This document shows positions 55,355 to 64,000 of a DNA stretch of 64,000 bases, piece after piece. Location of the stretch: IMG/VR virus record IMGVR_UViG_3300027734_000039; one strand, 5' to 3'. The stretch comes from a virus. How positions within the stretch are numbered: position 1 is the first letter of the stretch; each line of letters opens with the position of its first letter. The notes beneath the pieces were generated by a model. That model was not told the DNA's origin. It searched no databases and saw only the letters and a program-made list of their open reading frames with translations. Made by a program: the position numbers and the translations under genes.

Positions 55355-56673
55355 GCAAAGAAATCCTCAAGAGTAGATGTTTCATCCTTACCATAAGGAT
55401 CCTTCATATCATGCTTATGAAGGTAATCATACCACTCTTGATCTTCCCACATTCCTGGGGAAACGCCATTCCAAAGAGGACGCCAAAACTTATGTTCCTT
55501 ATTCATGCGACGTTCGTCAACGTACTGCTTACGAAGCATTTCATAATCATATGACTTAAGTTCGAGCATCTTTTCGCGGAAATAACAAACCAACGAAATA
55601 CGTTCTGCCTTATCGTGGTTTAAAACGATAGGAGTGTTACCGTGAATAATTTCATGATTGTTAACAAGAAGCAGATCGCCTGGACGAACGTTCACAGCAA
55701 CGCGAACTTCTGGAAATACAAGATAGCCACCAGTATACTCGCCATCCCCAAGAACAAGAAGATTAGAAAGACCTTCATTCAAGTCACCAGCATCTCGGTG
55801 ACAAGCAGTACGGAATGACTTATTAACTGTGATTGTAGTAAACACAGTTTCAGGAACAAGGAAACGAGGATCAATTTTATCGGCAGCTGCCTTCTGATTG
55901 CTCCAACGCCAGTTGAGAAGCTCCTTGAAACCTTTATTCAAAGTTTGCATGAAAGGATAGCAACCCTTGAACTTTTCAAAGTTCTTTTCAGTATAAGAAG
56001 TTGCGCGACCATAAGGGATACGAGGATAACGATCGTACCAACCAGCAACGCCAGACATAACAGACTTCGCATAGTTAGTTGTTGATGCCCACTTTTCAGC
56101 AACCATCTTCGCTTCATCACGAACTGTTTCTTGTGGCTTGTTTGCGAGACCATCAACCCACTTATCGAACCAACCATGATACTCAGGATAAACCTTTTCA
56201 ACTTCTGAACGAAGCCAAACTGTTCCGCGAGTTTCGTCGCTATCCTTAGGATTGCCGTTCTTATACTTCTCACGAATGCTTTCGATTGAAACGTCATCAA
56301 TCAAACGTGCGCCATCATCCATAAGGAAGTCAAGCACTTCATGCTGATAAGCAGTTACCCAATCACGACCACCACGACCTTCAACAGCTAGCATATCCCC
56401 ACGAGGACCAGCGGCGATACCACGGTTTTGAGATTCAGTTGCTGCTTCGCGCAGAGCTTCATAAGCTGAATTTTGTTCTTCTTTACTAAAGTAATTTTTA
56501 CGGAACTTAAAAGCAATACGAAGTTCTTCGTTATCAGAATCGTCTAAGCTTGATGCAGCTAGAAAACAATCAGTATCTTCTTCAACCAGAATATCATAAT
56601 GCGACTCGTCAGGAAACTGACCGAGCATATCTTCTCTGTTAAACTTTTCTTTAGCTACAATTACCTTAACCAT
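55351..56673 (-). CDS. TET/JBP family 2OG-Fe(II) dioxygenase
   Basis: FTTITVN..TACHRDAGD (HxD); IHGNT (distal His); RISLVCYFRE. Confidence 0.85.
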   Translation of the reverse strand: MVKVIVAKEKFNREDMLGQFPDESHYDILVEEDTDCFLAASSLDDSDNEELRIAFKFRKNYFSKEEQNSAYEALREAATESQNRGIAAGPRGDMLAVEGRGGRDWVTAYQHEVLDFLMDDGARLIDDVSIESIREKYKNGNPKDSDETRGTVWLRSEVEKVYPEYHGWFDKWVDGLANKPQETVRDEAKMVAEKWASTTNYAKSVMSGVAGWYDRYPRIPYGRATSYTEKNFEKFKGCYPFMQTLNKGFKELLNWRWSNQKAAADKIDPRFLVPETVFTTITVNKSFRTACHRDAGDLNEGLSNLLVLGDGEYTGGYLVFPEVRVAVNVRPGDLLLVNNHEIIHGNTPIVLNHDKAERISLVCYFREKMLELKSYDYEMLRKQYVDERRMNKEHKFWRPLWNGVSPGMWEDQEWYDYLHKHDMKDPYGKDETSTLEDFFA

Positions 56674-56749
56674 TTCACTTCTCCTGTACTAGAATCGTCT
56701 TATTATATATACGACAATTATAGCTCGATTCATACATAATGTAAATATA

Positions 56750-57130
56750 TTATTCTTGTGACTTTTTTAATACGCCTTCGATATCAGGCGGTGTCCAGCT
56801 AGCTGGTTTTTGAATTTTACCATCTTCACGAAGAAGAACTTTACCGTCAACTAGCTTGGCCATGTTGCTGCGATGAACTTCTTCGAATACTTTATCAAGA
56901 GGAATACCATATGACACAGCAGTACCACATGCAATGTAGATAATATCAGCCAAGGCATCTGCGATTTCAATAAGATCATTTTCGTTTTCCGCAATAGTAT
57001 ATTCATACATTTCTTCAGAAAGAAGTCTCATCCTTAGTGTTCGTTCGGCAGTATCAGGAATCTCTGGCTTTTCGCCGATGCGCTGACCGAAAGCCTTATG
57101 AAATTCTTTTACGTCTGTAAACATTGTCAT
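56750..57130 (-). CDS. MazG-like all-alpha NTP pyrophosphohydrolase
   Basis: VKEFHKAFG; EEMYE; ADALADIIY; EVHRSNMAK; DGKIQKP. Confidence 0.88.
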   Translation of the reverse strand: MTMFTDVKEFHKAFGQRIGEKPEIPDTAERTLRMRLLSEEMYEYTIAENENDLIEIADALADIIYIACGTAVSYGIPLDKVFEEVHRSNMAKLVDGKVLLREDGKIQKPASWTPPDIEGVLKKSQE

Positions 57131-57681
57131 TGTGTAATCCATTCTGGTGGTTGGCGTTTTTTCCAATTATGCATCCTAGCTTTACCAATCTTATAATAAT
57201 TTCGGTAATTAGTCAAGGGGTCGTCTGAAATAATATATTCCTCTGCCATGCAAGAAGGCATGGGAGTCCAATCATACTCTTGAAGATTCTTAGGAGGAGA
57301 CTGCAGCATATAAGAAAGCTCGCCATTACACTTATGAACTTTTTCGTATCTGTGGATATACTCGTTCATAAGTGCAAAAAAATGTTCTACGAGCCAATTA
57401 TAGTTTTCAACAGAAGTTCGACACCAAACAGCCGAAGGATGATTGACATGAGTTGCCGAATACATTACTGAATCGCGAGCATCGGGAAGGATATATGCTT
57501 TTGTTTTACGAGTTTTGCCCGTTTCAAAATTTACTTTAACAGCATCAACAAGCTCGCCATCTAGAACACGGTGAGCGGTCGAGAGCAACTGTGCGCTCTC
57601 GAGAATCATTTTTACAACATGTTTATCGACCATCCATTCAGCAGCTTGAACAGGGTCATGACTGATGTAGAAGATATTCAT
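57127..57681 (-). CDS. pyrimidine dimer DNA glycosylase/endonuclease V-like protein
   Basis: MNIFY..DKHVVKMILESAQLLSTAH; HVNHPSAVW; YRNYY. Confidence 0.75.
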   Translation of the reverse strand: MNIFYISHDPVQAAEWMVDKHVVKMILESAQLLSTAHRVLDGELVDAVKVNFETGKTRKTKAYILPDARDSVMYSATHVNHPSAVWCRTSVENYNWLVEHFFALMNEYIHRYEKVHKCNGELSYMLQSPPKNLQEYDWTPMPSCMAEEYIISDDPLTNYRNYYKIGKARMHNWKKRQPPEWITQ

Positions 57682-58198
57682 AGGAACCTAGATCTACCTT
57701 TGTTTTGTTAACAGTTTTGACGCCTTTGCGCCATTTTTCCAAAGCACGATCTCGATGAACACGATTAGCTTTGTTATAAAAAACAATACCGTTTAGATGA
57801 TCTACTTGTTGTTGAAAGACACGAGCAGTCATACCAGTGAACTGTTTAGTAACAGTTTCGCCGTTCGGGTTTGTAAAACGAACACGAACATGTTGAGGTC
57901 TTTTTATTTTAACCGCTAACCCTATAAAAGTCAAGGAGGTTTCTTCAAGAGTAACTTCTTGTTCTGATGGTTGAATTACCTTGGGATTAAAGCATACGAA
58001 GTTTTCAGGAGACCCGCGCATAGCAAATACCCGATAAGGAAGTCCCAGTTGATTGGCAGCAAGGCCAATCCCGTTCCTATCATACATGAATTTAACCATT
58101 TCTTTGGCGAGTTCAATAGGGTCGCAAGGAGGATTGAGAAAGTCAAAATTTGGACATACGCTACTAAGAATTGGATCATTTGGTTTCACTAGTTCCAT
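57656..58198 (-). CDS. def: peptide deformylase homologue with degenerate metal-binding motifs
   Basis: GIGLAANQLG intact; EGCLS replaced by ETSLT; QHExDHL replaced by QQQVDHL. Confidence 0.8.
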   Translation of the reverse strand: MELVKPNDPILSSVCPNFDFLNPPCDPIELAKEMVKFMYDRNGIGLAANQLGLPYRVFAMRGSPENFVCFNPKVIQPSEQEVTLEETSLTFIGLAVKIKRPQHVRVRFTNPNGETVTKQFTGMTARVFQQQVDHLNGIVFYNKANRVHRDRALEKWRKGVKTVNKTKVDLGSYEYLLHQS

Positions 58199-58364
58199 TT
58201 TCTTTTTCCTTTATACTAAAAGTTCCATTTTCATTATCGACCCAAAACAATTCTGTTCCCTCAGCCCACCCCATCTGAGAAAGAAGGTCAGGAGGAAAAG
58301 GAAGGAGAAGTTCTCCAGTTTCTAGATCTTGTTCTAATTGCACTGCCCAAGTATTTGCTACCAA
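58176..58364 (-). CDS. AbrB/MazE-like small protein
   Basis: GELLLPFPPDLLSQMGWAEGTEL.W. Confidence 0.7.
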   Translation of the reverse strand: MVANTWAVQLEQDLETGELLLPFPPDLLSQMGWAEGTELFWVDNENGTFSIKEKENGTSETK

Positions 58365-58507
58365 TGTCTTATAACTCCCGCTACGATAAAGAAGTTAGTT
58401 ATGATATAGCATAGGACAATCGCTGTTCTAATCAAAGCAACTCTGTCTGCTTCTTCATTAGTTTTACCATTTTTTTCACCGAGTGCTTTTGCCCAAAGAC
58501 GCCACAT
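58358..58507 (-). CDS. small membrane protein (49 aa, not in ORF track)
   Basis: MWRLWAKALGEK..ADRVALIRT..IVAGVIRHW; TAATG coupling to gp46. Confidence 0.7.
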   Translation of the reverse strand: MWRLWAKALGEKNGKTNEEADRVALIRTAIVLCYIITNFFIVAGVIRHW

Positions 58508-60213
58508 TAAACAACTCTACTGAAATTTTTATGTTTCTCGAACTTGATTACTTTGTTAAACTTATCATAAAGCTGATCTGTCTTATGACTTATTATAAAC
58601 GTATTTGTATCTAAAGTCAAATTATTTAAAATCTTAAGGAACTCTTCTGTTCCATTAGCATCTAGAGAAGAGTCAAAGACTTCGTCCATAATGAGTAGAT
58701 TAGTACTAATTGAATTACGGAGTTTAGCAATAGCACGCCAAGTAAAAAGGATCGCAAGGTTAATACGCATCTTTTCCCCTTCCGAGAAGGAAGCGTAAGA
58801 AAACTCATCGCGGAATCTAGACTTAATTGTTTCGTTGAATTCCTCATCAAGCTCGAACTGGACAAAGAAATCCATAGCACTAAGATACTTATTAATGAGC
58901 TTATTGATAACAGGAACATACTGTTTAATAATCCTTGATTTGATACCGCCGTCTTTCAAAAGAGAAGAAGCTGCAGTAAGAACAACTCTATCTTCGTTCA
59001 ATTCATTATATTTTGTTTTGAGCTCATCTAGCTCTTTTTCAATATCACCAATCTTAGTATCATCTTCAACAAAAGACTTTTTGCTTATGTTTGTTATTTC
59101 ACTTTCAAGCGAATCGCGATATTCAATCAAAGAAGTAATCTTAGTTTTTACTCTATGAATTTCCATACGCTGATCGTTAATAGAAGTTTGAATATCTAAA
59201 ATTTCACTCAAACGAGAGTTAGCTTCTTCGTACTGCTTAATGAGTTCAGAAAGACCGTTTTCAATTTCATCAATTTCACCTTTTTTATTTGAAAGAGTTG
59301 TTTCTTTGAAATCTTCATTAATTTCTTGTTTACATGTTGGGCAGTTATCGTGCTTTTTGAAAAACTCAACATCATTTTCAATCAAAGCTTTCTTAGCTTC
59401 GATTTGATGCCTCAACTTTTGAAGAGTATTAACACGTTTCGAAGTAGCCTCTTCATCTTCAATAGATTCAACTAAACTCTTACGCTTATTTTCAAACTTC
59501 CAAAACTCTTCATTCAAATCGCTGATTTGTTTATTAGTGTCTTCAATACGGGACTTCTTATCAATAACGAGCTGGTCGTTATTGTTTTGCATCTCTTGAA
59601 GATGCTCTTTAATTAACTTGATTTTTTCTTCGGCAATTTTTCGGTTGTTTGTTGACTGAACGATATGCTCGTTGTTAATCATAATCTTTTCTTTTAACAA
59701 CGTATTCATAGTCGTAAAAATTTGAAGGTCCAAAAGGTCTTCAATAATTTCTCTTCTATTTGAAGTACTAAGTTGCATAAAAGGCATGAACGTGGCAGAG
59801 CCAAGAACAACTACTTGAGAAAACGATTTATGATTTACTTTAATAATTTGCTTTTCAAGAACTTCTTGATAGTCTTTCATTTCAGCAGATTGATTTAACA
59901 AGTCACCGTTTTGATAAACTTCAAAAACAGTTGGCTTCACACCACGAACGATTTTATAATTATTAGGTCCGATAGAAAATTCAACTTCTACAACAAGGTT
60001 CTTTTGAGTTATTGAGTTAAGGAGTTGTGGCTTATTGATCTTTCTAAACGCCTTACCGAAAAGAGCGAATGAAAGAGCATCAAGCATAGTTGATTTACCC
60101 GCACCGTTACCGCCAACGATGAGAGTGGTGTTATGCTCGTTTAGAACTATTTCTGTGAAAATATTACCTGTGGAAAGAAAGTTTTTCCAGCGTAGCTTTT
60201 TAAATAAAATCAA
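58507..60213 (-). CDS. gp46: recombination endonuclease ATPase subunit (Rad50/SbcC-like)
   Basis: KNFLSTGN; GGNGAGKST; CPTC hook; SFSEGEK; IMDEVFD. Confidence 0.97.
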   Translation of the reverse strand: MILFKKLRWKNFLSTGNIFTEIVLNEHNTTLIVGGNGAGKSTMLDALSFALFGKAFRKINKPQLLNSITQKNLVVEVEFSIGPNNYKIVRGVKPTVFEVYQNGDLLNQSAEMKDYQEVLEKQIIKVNHKSFSQVVVLGSATFMPFMQLSTSNRREIIEDLLDLQIFTTMNTLLKEKIMINNEHIVQSTNNRKIAEEKIKLIKEHLQEMQNNNDQLVIDKKSRIEDTNKQISDLNEEFWKFENKRKSLVESIEDEEATSKRVNTLQKLRHQIEAKKALIENDVEFFKKHDNCPTCKQEINEDFKETTLSNKKGEIDEIENGLSELIKQYEEANSRLSEILDIQTSINDQRMEIHRVKTKITSLIEYRDSLESEITNISKKSFVEDDTKIGDIEKELDELKTKYNELNEDRVVLTAASSLLKDGGIKSRIIKQYVPVINKLINKYLSAMDFFVQFELDEEFNETIKSRFRDEFSYASFSEGEKMRINLAILFTWRAIAKLRNSISTNLLIMDEVFDSSLDANGTEEFLKILNNLTLDTNTFIISHKTDQLYDKFNKVIKFEKHKNFSRVV

Positions 60214-60215
60214 AG

Positions 60216-60479
60216 TTATTCACCTGTCAATTCTATGATGTCGATTCTTTTAACCCCAATTAATTCTACATCAGCATATGTTTCAATCCAAAGTTTAGCA
60301 CCACAGGGTCTTGGTTTCTCTGGTCTGTAAATCATATGCGATGGACCATTAATTTGAACTTCCATACAATACTTAACCTTACCATCTTTTTCAACACGAC
60401 ACACTGGTTCATCTTTACCATGTTTTGCGTTTTGCTGAATGATGTTACGATTGATATGTATGATAGTTGGTTTAGTCAA
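60216..60479 (-). CDS. conserved hypothetical protein
   Basis: IIHINRN..EVQINGPS..P.KPRPCGAKLWIET. Confidence 0.7.
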   Translation of the reverse strand: MTKPTIIHINRNIIQQNAKHGKDEPVCRVEKDGKVKYCMEVQINGPSHMIYRPEKPRPCGAKLWIETYADVELIGVKRIDIIELTGE

Positions 60480-61536
60480 CGGTCAAAGCCTCGTTATAAA
60501 TCTCAACGATTTTCTTTTCAAGTTTAACCTTATTAACGGTCTTTTCATCAAACCCATTAATATACTTTTTGAAAATATCAATGGTCGATTCCGCTTCATT
60601 AACGATATCAGAATCTTCTTCAAGATTAAGATTCAAATGATCTTCTACGATTTGAATATCAACTGGGTTTTCTGATTCGATATTTTCAATAAATTTATCG
60701 AACCAAAATACGTTACTCTTTTCCTGAACGATAACTTTCAATAGCGTTCCCTTAAACTGAGAGTAATCTATTTCCATATTCAAGAAGTCATCGCTAGAAT
60801 CGTTATACCAAACTTTCTTGAACATCTTATAAGGATTTTCAATGAAGGTTAGTTCCCTCGTTTCCGTATCCAAGATATGAAAGCCTCTGGGATCGTCATA
60901 ATCAGACCAAGTAAACTCACCATGGCTACCCAAATAAAAGATAGTACCATCGCTGGAACGGTGATGATAATGCCCACTAAGAACCATATCGAAACGATCA
61001 AAAGTAGACCGATCGTCACCATGTGATACAATAGATCCTCTATACATTTCGAAACCTTGGATCTCAAGATGACCTGCAGCAATCGACGTGCCGCTGCTCC
61101 TGATTCGCTCGATGCTCTCTTTTCTGTTTTCATCACATATCCATGGAATTAGTGTTATAGGAAGGTTATCAAATTTTACAACTTCTGGAGCCTTATCAAA
61201 AATTTTCATATAAGGATACATAGCAACGAGTTCTCTCAATGAGTTTACTTCATTGGTGTTCTTATAATAAGTATCATGGTTTCCAGCGACCATGTATACG
61301 TCGAGAGACTTTGCTGTGAGTGGTTCGAGAAAATTTTCTCTTAAACGCCGAGCAGTATGTATATTGATATATTTACGACGATCCACAAGATCGCCAAGAT
61401 GAAGAACAGTATCAATACCATTTTTCTCAATATACGGAAAAAAGATCGTGTCCAAAAACTTCTTAGAATTGTCCAAGAACGCAATGTTGTCATTACGAAC
61501 CCCCCAATGTGTATCAGTTATGATAGCAATTTTCAT
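60472..61536 (-). CDS. gp47: recombination endonuclease nuclease subunit (Mre11/SbcD-like)
   Basis: ITDTHWG; LGDLVDRRK; GNHD; SGHYH. Confidence 0.96.
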   Translation of the reverse strand: MKIAIITDTHWGVRNDNIAFLDNSKKFLDTIFFPYIEKNGIDTVLHLGDLVDRRKYINIHTARRLRENFLEPLTAKSLDVYMVAGNHDTYYKNTNEVNSLRELVAMYPYMKIFDKAPEVVKFDNLPITLIPWICDENRKESIERIRSSGTSIAAGHLEIQGFEMYRGSIVSHGDDRSTFDRFDMVLSGHYHHRSSDGTIFYLGSHGEFTWSDYDDPRGFHILDTETRELTFIENPYKMFKKVWYNDSSDDFLNMEIDYSQFKGTLLKVIVQEKSNVFWFDKFIENIESENPVDIQIVEDHLNLNLEEDSDIVNEAESTIDIFKKYINGFDEKTVNKVKLEKKIVEIYNEALTVD

Positions 61537-61724
61537 CGAAAATTGTTTTTCTTTCTAGTGGAAGGAAATACGACTGGCTTGGTCTTTAGAGCTTGATCTA
61601 CGTAATCTCTAATCGTTTCCAAACGAAGCTGATAGCTCATACGCTCATTTTCCCTAAGATTAGGTTGTCGGTATTTTTCAACCAAATCAATTATATTGAC
61701 TGGTAATAGATGTTCATTCTTCAT
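61533..61724 (-). CDS. hypothetical protein
   Basis: MKNEHLLPVNI..RLETIRDY; GGAG RBS. Confidence 0.65.
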   Translation of the reverse strand: MKNEHLLPVNIIDLVEKYRQPNLRENERMSYQLRLETIRDYVDQALKTKPVVFPSTRKKNNFR

Positions 61725-62261
61725 TGTTACTCTCCGAGAATTTTTCAACTCCACTTAGTTTACTACTTTTTTTAGGTTTAGTCAACTTATTTTCATAGCT
61801 GCGAACAACTTCCGAAGAATACTCGTTAGCCTTAAGATGCATATTTTCCGAATCGCTCCAAAGTTCATTCATAAGAAAGCTGTTTTCGAAATTCTTATGC
61901 TTGATATATGTTTGTTTCTTTTCTTTTTGAATACGTCTAATAAAAGCGTTCCAAGCGATCTGAGTAAAGTAAGCAAAGGATTATTGGTTTTATCAGGATC
62001 AAAGTTATCTACGGCTGCAATACAGTCGATAATACCGTCAGATATCATATCCTGCTTATATGTATAGCCAGAGAAATTAGGCTTCTTTGCCAAATTATTA
62101 CAAATCAAAAGAATAGATTGCCCGATGTAATTCGAAACTTGTGGCTTCGGTCTATCGTTTTTCAACGCTTCATTTAATTTCGTTTTATACTCGATCATTG
62201 AAGTATAAAGCGTTTTATTGTTGATATAATTTTTTGGCTTGCGTGGCTTTGATTCTGACAT
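61714..62261 (-). CDS. gp55: late sigma factor gp55, frameshifted (1-nt deletion near 61976)
   Basis: YINNK; KPNFSGYTY; MISDGI; NFDP..NP, continuing in the -1 frame as AYFTQIAWNAFIRRIQKEKKQ. Confidence 0.9.
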
Positions 62262-62313
62262 TTTTTCCCTTTACTTTTTTCTAGAGCACATTATAATCAC
62301 GTTGTGGTTTTGA

Positions 62314-63765
62314 TCAAACATTTAAAGAGACTTTATAGAGCTTGTATGGAAACTTCTCTTCATTGTACATCTTAATACGCTCCATGAAGTGGAGCAATGT
62401 AAAGTTCTTCTTTTGTTTCCAACTCATGTCATCTGCAATGTCATATAACGTAGCGCTATCCTTAGTGTCTGATTTACGTAGTCCGCGACCAATTGACTGT
62501 AAATTTCTAACTTTGGACTTTGAAGGACTTGAAAATATAACGTTATGCAAATTACGAATGTTAACACCTGTGGAGAAAGTTCCGAAAGAAGCAACGATAA
62601 TTGCGTTCGATTCTGTTTCAACAATTTTACGAATTGCTTCACGTTCTTCTCCGTCGACTGAACCAGCAACATAATAAACATTACGATCTCCAGCTTCTTG
62701 TTTCAATTTATCATAAAGCACCTTTCCATGTTTATCGACAAACTGGAAAAGGAGCAAAGTATTACCTTCTAGGGATAATGTTAAATTTCTTATGAATTTA
62801 TTTCTTTCTTCAAGCCGAACGATATAATCCATTTCAGCTTGGTAATCAGCAGCACGTGCAATCATTTTACGAACTTCGTCGGGATATGAAAGAACGATGC
62901 ATTTAATTTTAAATGAAGCTAGATGTTTTTGCTCGATTAGCTCGGCAGTTGTAGTTACTTTTCTAACTGGTCCAAAAAGTCCTTCAAGTACCAGTTTGTG
63001 AGTTTGGGTGCCATCCAAGGTTCCAGTAAACCCAAAACGATACTTACAATTATCCAGCTTAGTAAGAATAGAAGTTAGTGACTTAGCTTTGAAAAGATGC
63101 GCTTCATCGCCTATGACCAAGTCAAATTGGTCGAAATACGTTTTATCCAATTTATAAATCGACTGCCATGTGCTGATTGTAACTTGCTTATCTGATTGTT
63201 TATCTTGACCTGCAAAGATACGGTGTACTCCATTATCAACATTAAAACCGTAATCACCAAAGTCAGAGGCAAGTTGACTAACCAGAGAAGTAGTTGGCAC
63301 AATAATAAGAGTACGGGCATTATAGTATCTCGTAATTAGATAGATGATAAACGATTTACCAGAAGCTGTTGGGGATAGTAATAATGCTCTACGCTCTCTA
63401 ACTGCATGAACAAAAGCCTCAAGCTGGTAATCTCGAGGTTGCATAGTTGGCTTTAATTTTAAAACGAATTCTTTTGCTTCTTTTACTGAAAACTCAGTTG
63501 CTGAAAAATCCGTAATATATTCTACTTCATAGTTTCTAGATTTACAAAACTCTTCGACATATCTATTTAACCCGCTATAGAGAGTGCAGGTCATAGCGTT
63601 GAATAGACGAATCTTACCGTCCCAAAACTTGTTACGGTAAGCTGGCATAAACTTAGCGCCTGGAACATCAAACGTGAAGTAATCGTTTAGTTCGTAAGCA
63701 ACGCTTGGTTCGCAATGTATTTTGTTATAAACTTCGTCAAGTTTTTCAATTTGAATTTTATCCAT
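62314..63765 (-). CDS. uvsW: UvsW DNA helicase
   Basis: WDGKIRLF; SPTASGKS; GDEAH; GFTGT; QSIGRGLR. Confidence 0.96.
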   Translation of the reverse strand: MDKIQIEKLDEVYNKIHCEPSVAYELNDYFTFDVPGAKFMPAYRNKFWDGKIRLFNAMTCTLYSGLNRYVEEFCKSRNYEVEYITDFSATEFSVKEAKEFVLKLKPTMQPRDYQLEAFVHAVRERRALLLSPTASGKSFIIYLITRYYNARTLIIVPTTSLVSQLASDFGDYGFNVDNGVHRIFAGQDKQSDKQVTISTWQSIYKLDKTYFDQFDLVIGDEAHLFKAKSLTSILTKLDNCKYRFGFTGTLDGTQTHKLVLEGLFGPVRKVTTTAELIEQKHLASFKIKCIVLSYPDEVRKMIARAADYQAEMDYIVRLEERNKFIRNLTLSLEGNTLLLFQFVDKHGKVLYDKLKQEAGDRNVYYVAGSVDGEEREAIRKIVETESNAIIVASFGTFSTGVNIRNLHNVIFSSPSKSKVRNLQSIGRGLRKSDTKDSATLYDIADDMSWKQKKNFTLLHFMERIKMYNEEKFPYKLYKVSLNV

Positions 63766-64000
63766 TATGCCCCATTAGTAAATCTAAACCAATCGATAGC
63801 AGCTTTAATGTTATAACCTCTGTTATTTAAAGACTTAATGATTGATTCTAAAAATTCAACTTTCTCTTGAGCCAAACCAATTTTAAGAGAAAGCTTTATG
63901 ATGTCTTTATCAGCTTCCATATACAATGGCATATCAGCTTTAAGAATAAGACCTTTAGCTGGAAGCTCCCATCCTCTTTCGCGACTTTCTTCGTTCGGAC
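63765..64000 (-). CDS. uvsY: UvsY recombination mediator (5'-truncated)
   Basis: Read on - strand: ..LKADMPLYMEADKDI..EFLESIIKSLNNRGYNIKAAIDWFRFTNGA; synteny with uvsW. Confidence 0.88.
   Translation of the reverse strand, partial: PNEESRERGWELPAKGLILKADMPLYMEADKDIIKLSLKIGLAQEKVEFLESIIKSLNNRGYNIKAAIDWFRFTNGA

Overview
A 64 kb segment of a large, AT-rich T4-like (myovirus-type) dsDNA phage genome. The host is probably alphaproteobacterial (Hyphomicrobiales-like), judged from an Omp25/RopB-type barrel and a tRNA-His with A73 and no G-1. The + strand arm (1-34.1 kb) carries late/virion-associated genes, Dps, primase, thyX, nrdAB, a GIY-YIG gene, 3 tRNAs, envelope and stress auxiliary genes, a heptose nucleotide-sugar cluster (gmhA, hddA, gmhB, nucleotidyltransferase, glycosyltransferase, methyltransferase), rnh, phoH and an exonuclease. 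The - strand arm (34.1-64 kb) carries uvsY, uvsW, gp55 (frameshifted), gp47, gp46, a degenerate peptide deformylase, regA and gp45/44/62. It also carries a putative DNA hypermodification cluster (TET/JBP dioxygenase, MTase-like protein, amino acid:DNA transferase-like protein, P-loop kinase, GT-A) and a curli-type cassette (csgF, csgG, curlin-like, FecR, CHASE2 adenylate cyclase, LpxH-like, GT4). A 17-tRNA array on this arm includes a rare tRNA-Thr(AGU), several non-tRNA structured RNAs and a hammerhead ribozyme at its 5' end. All family calls come from motif recognition by eye; no database search was run.
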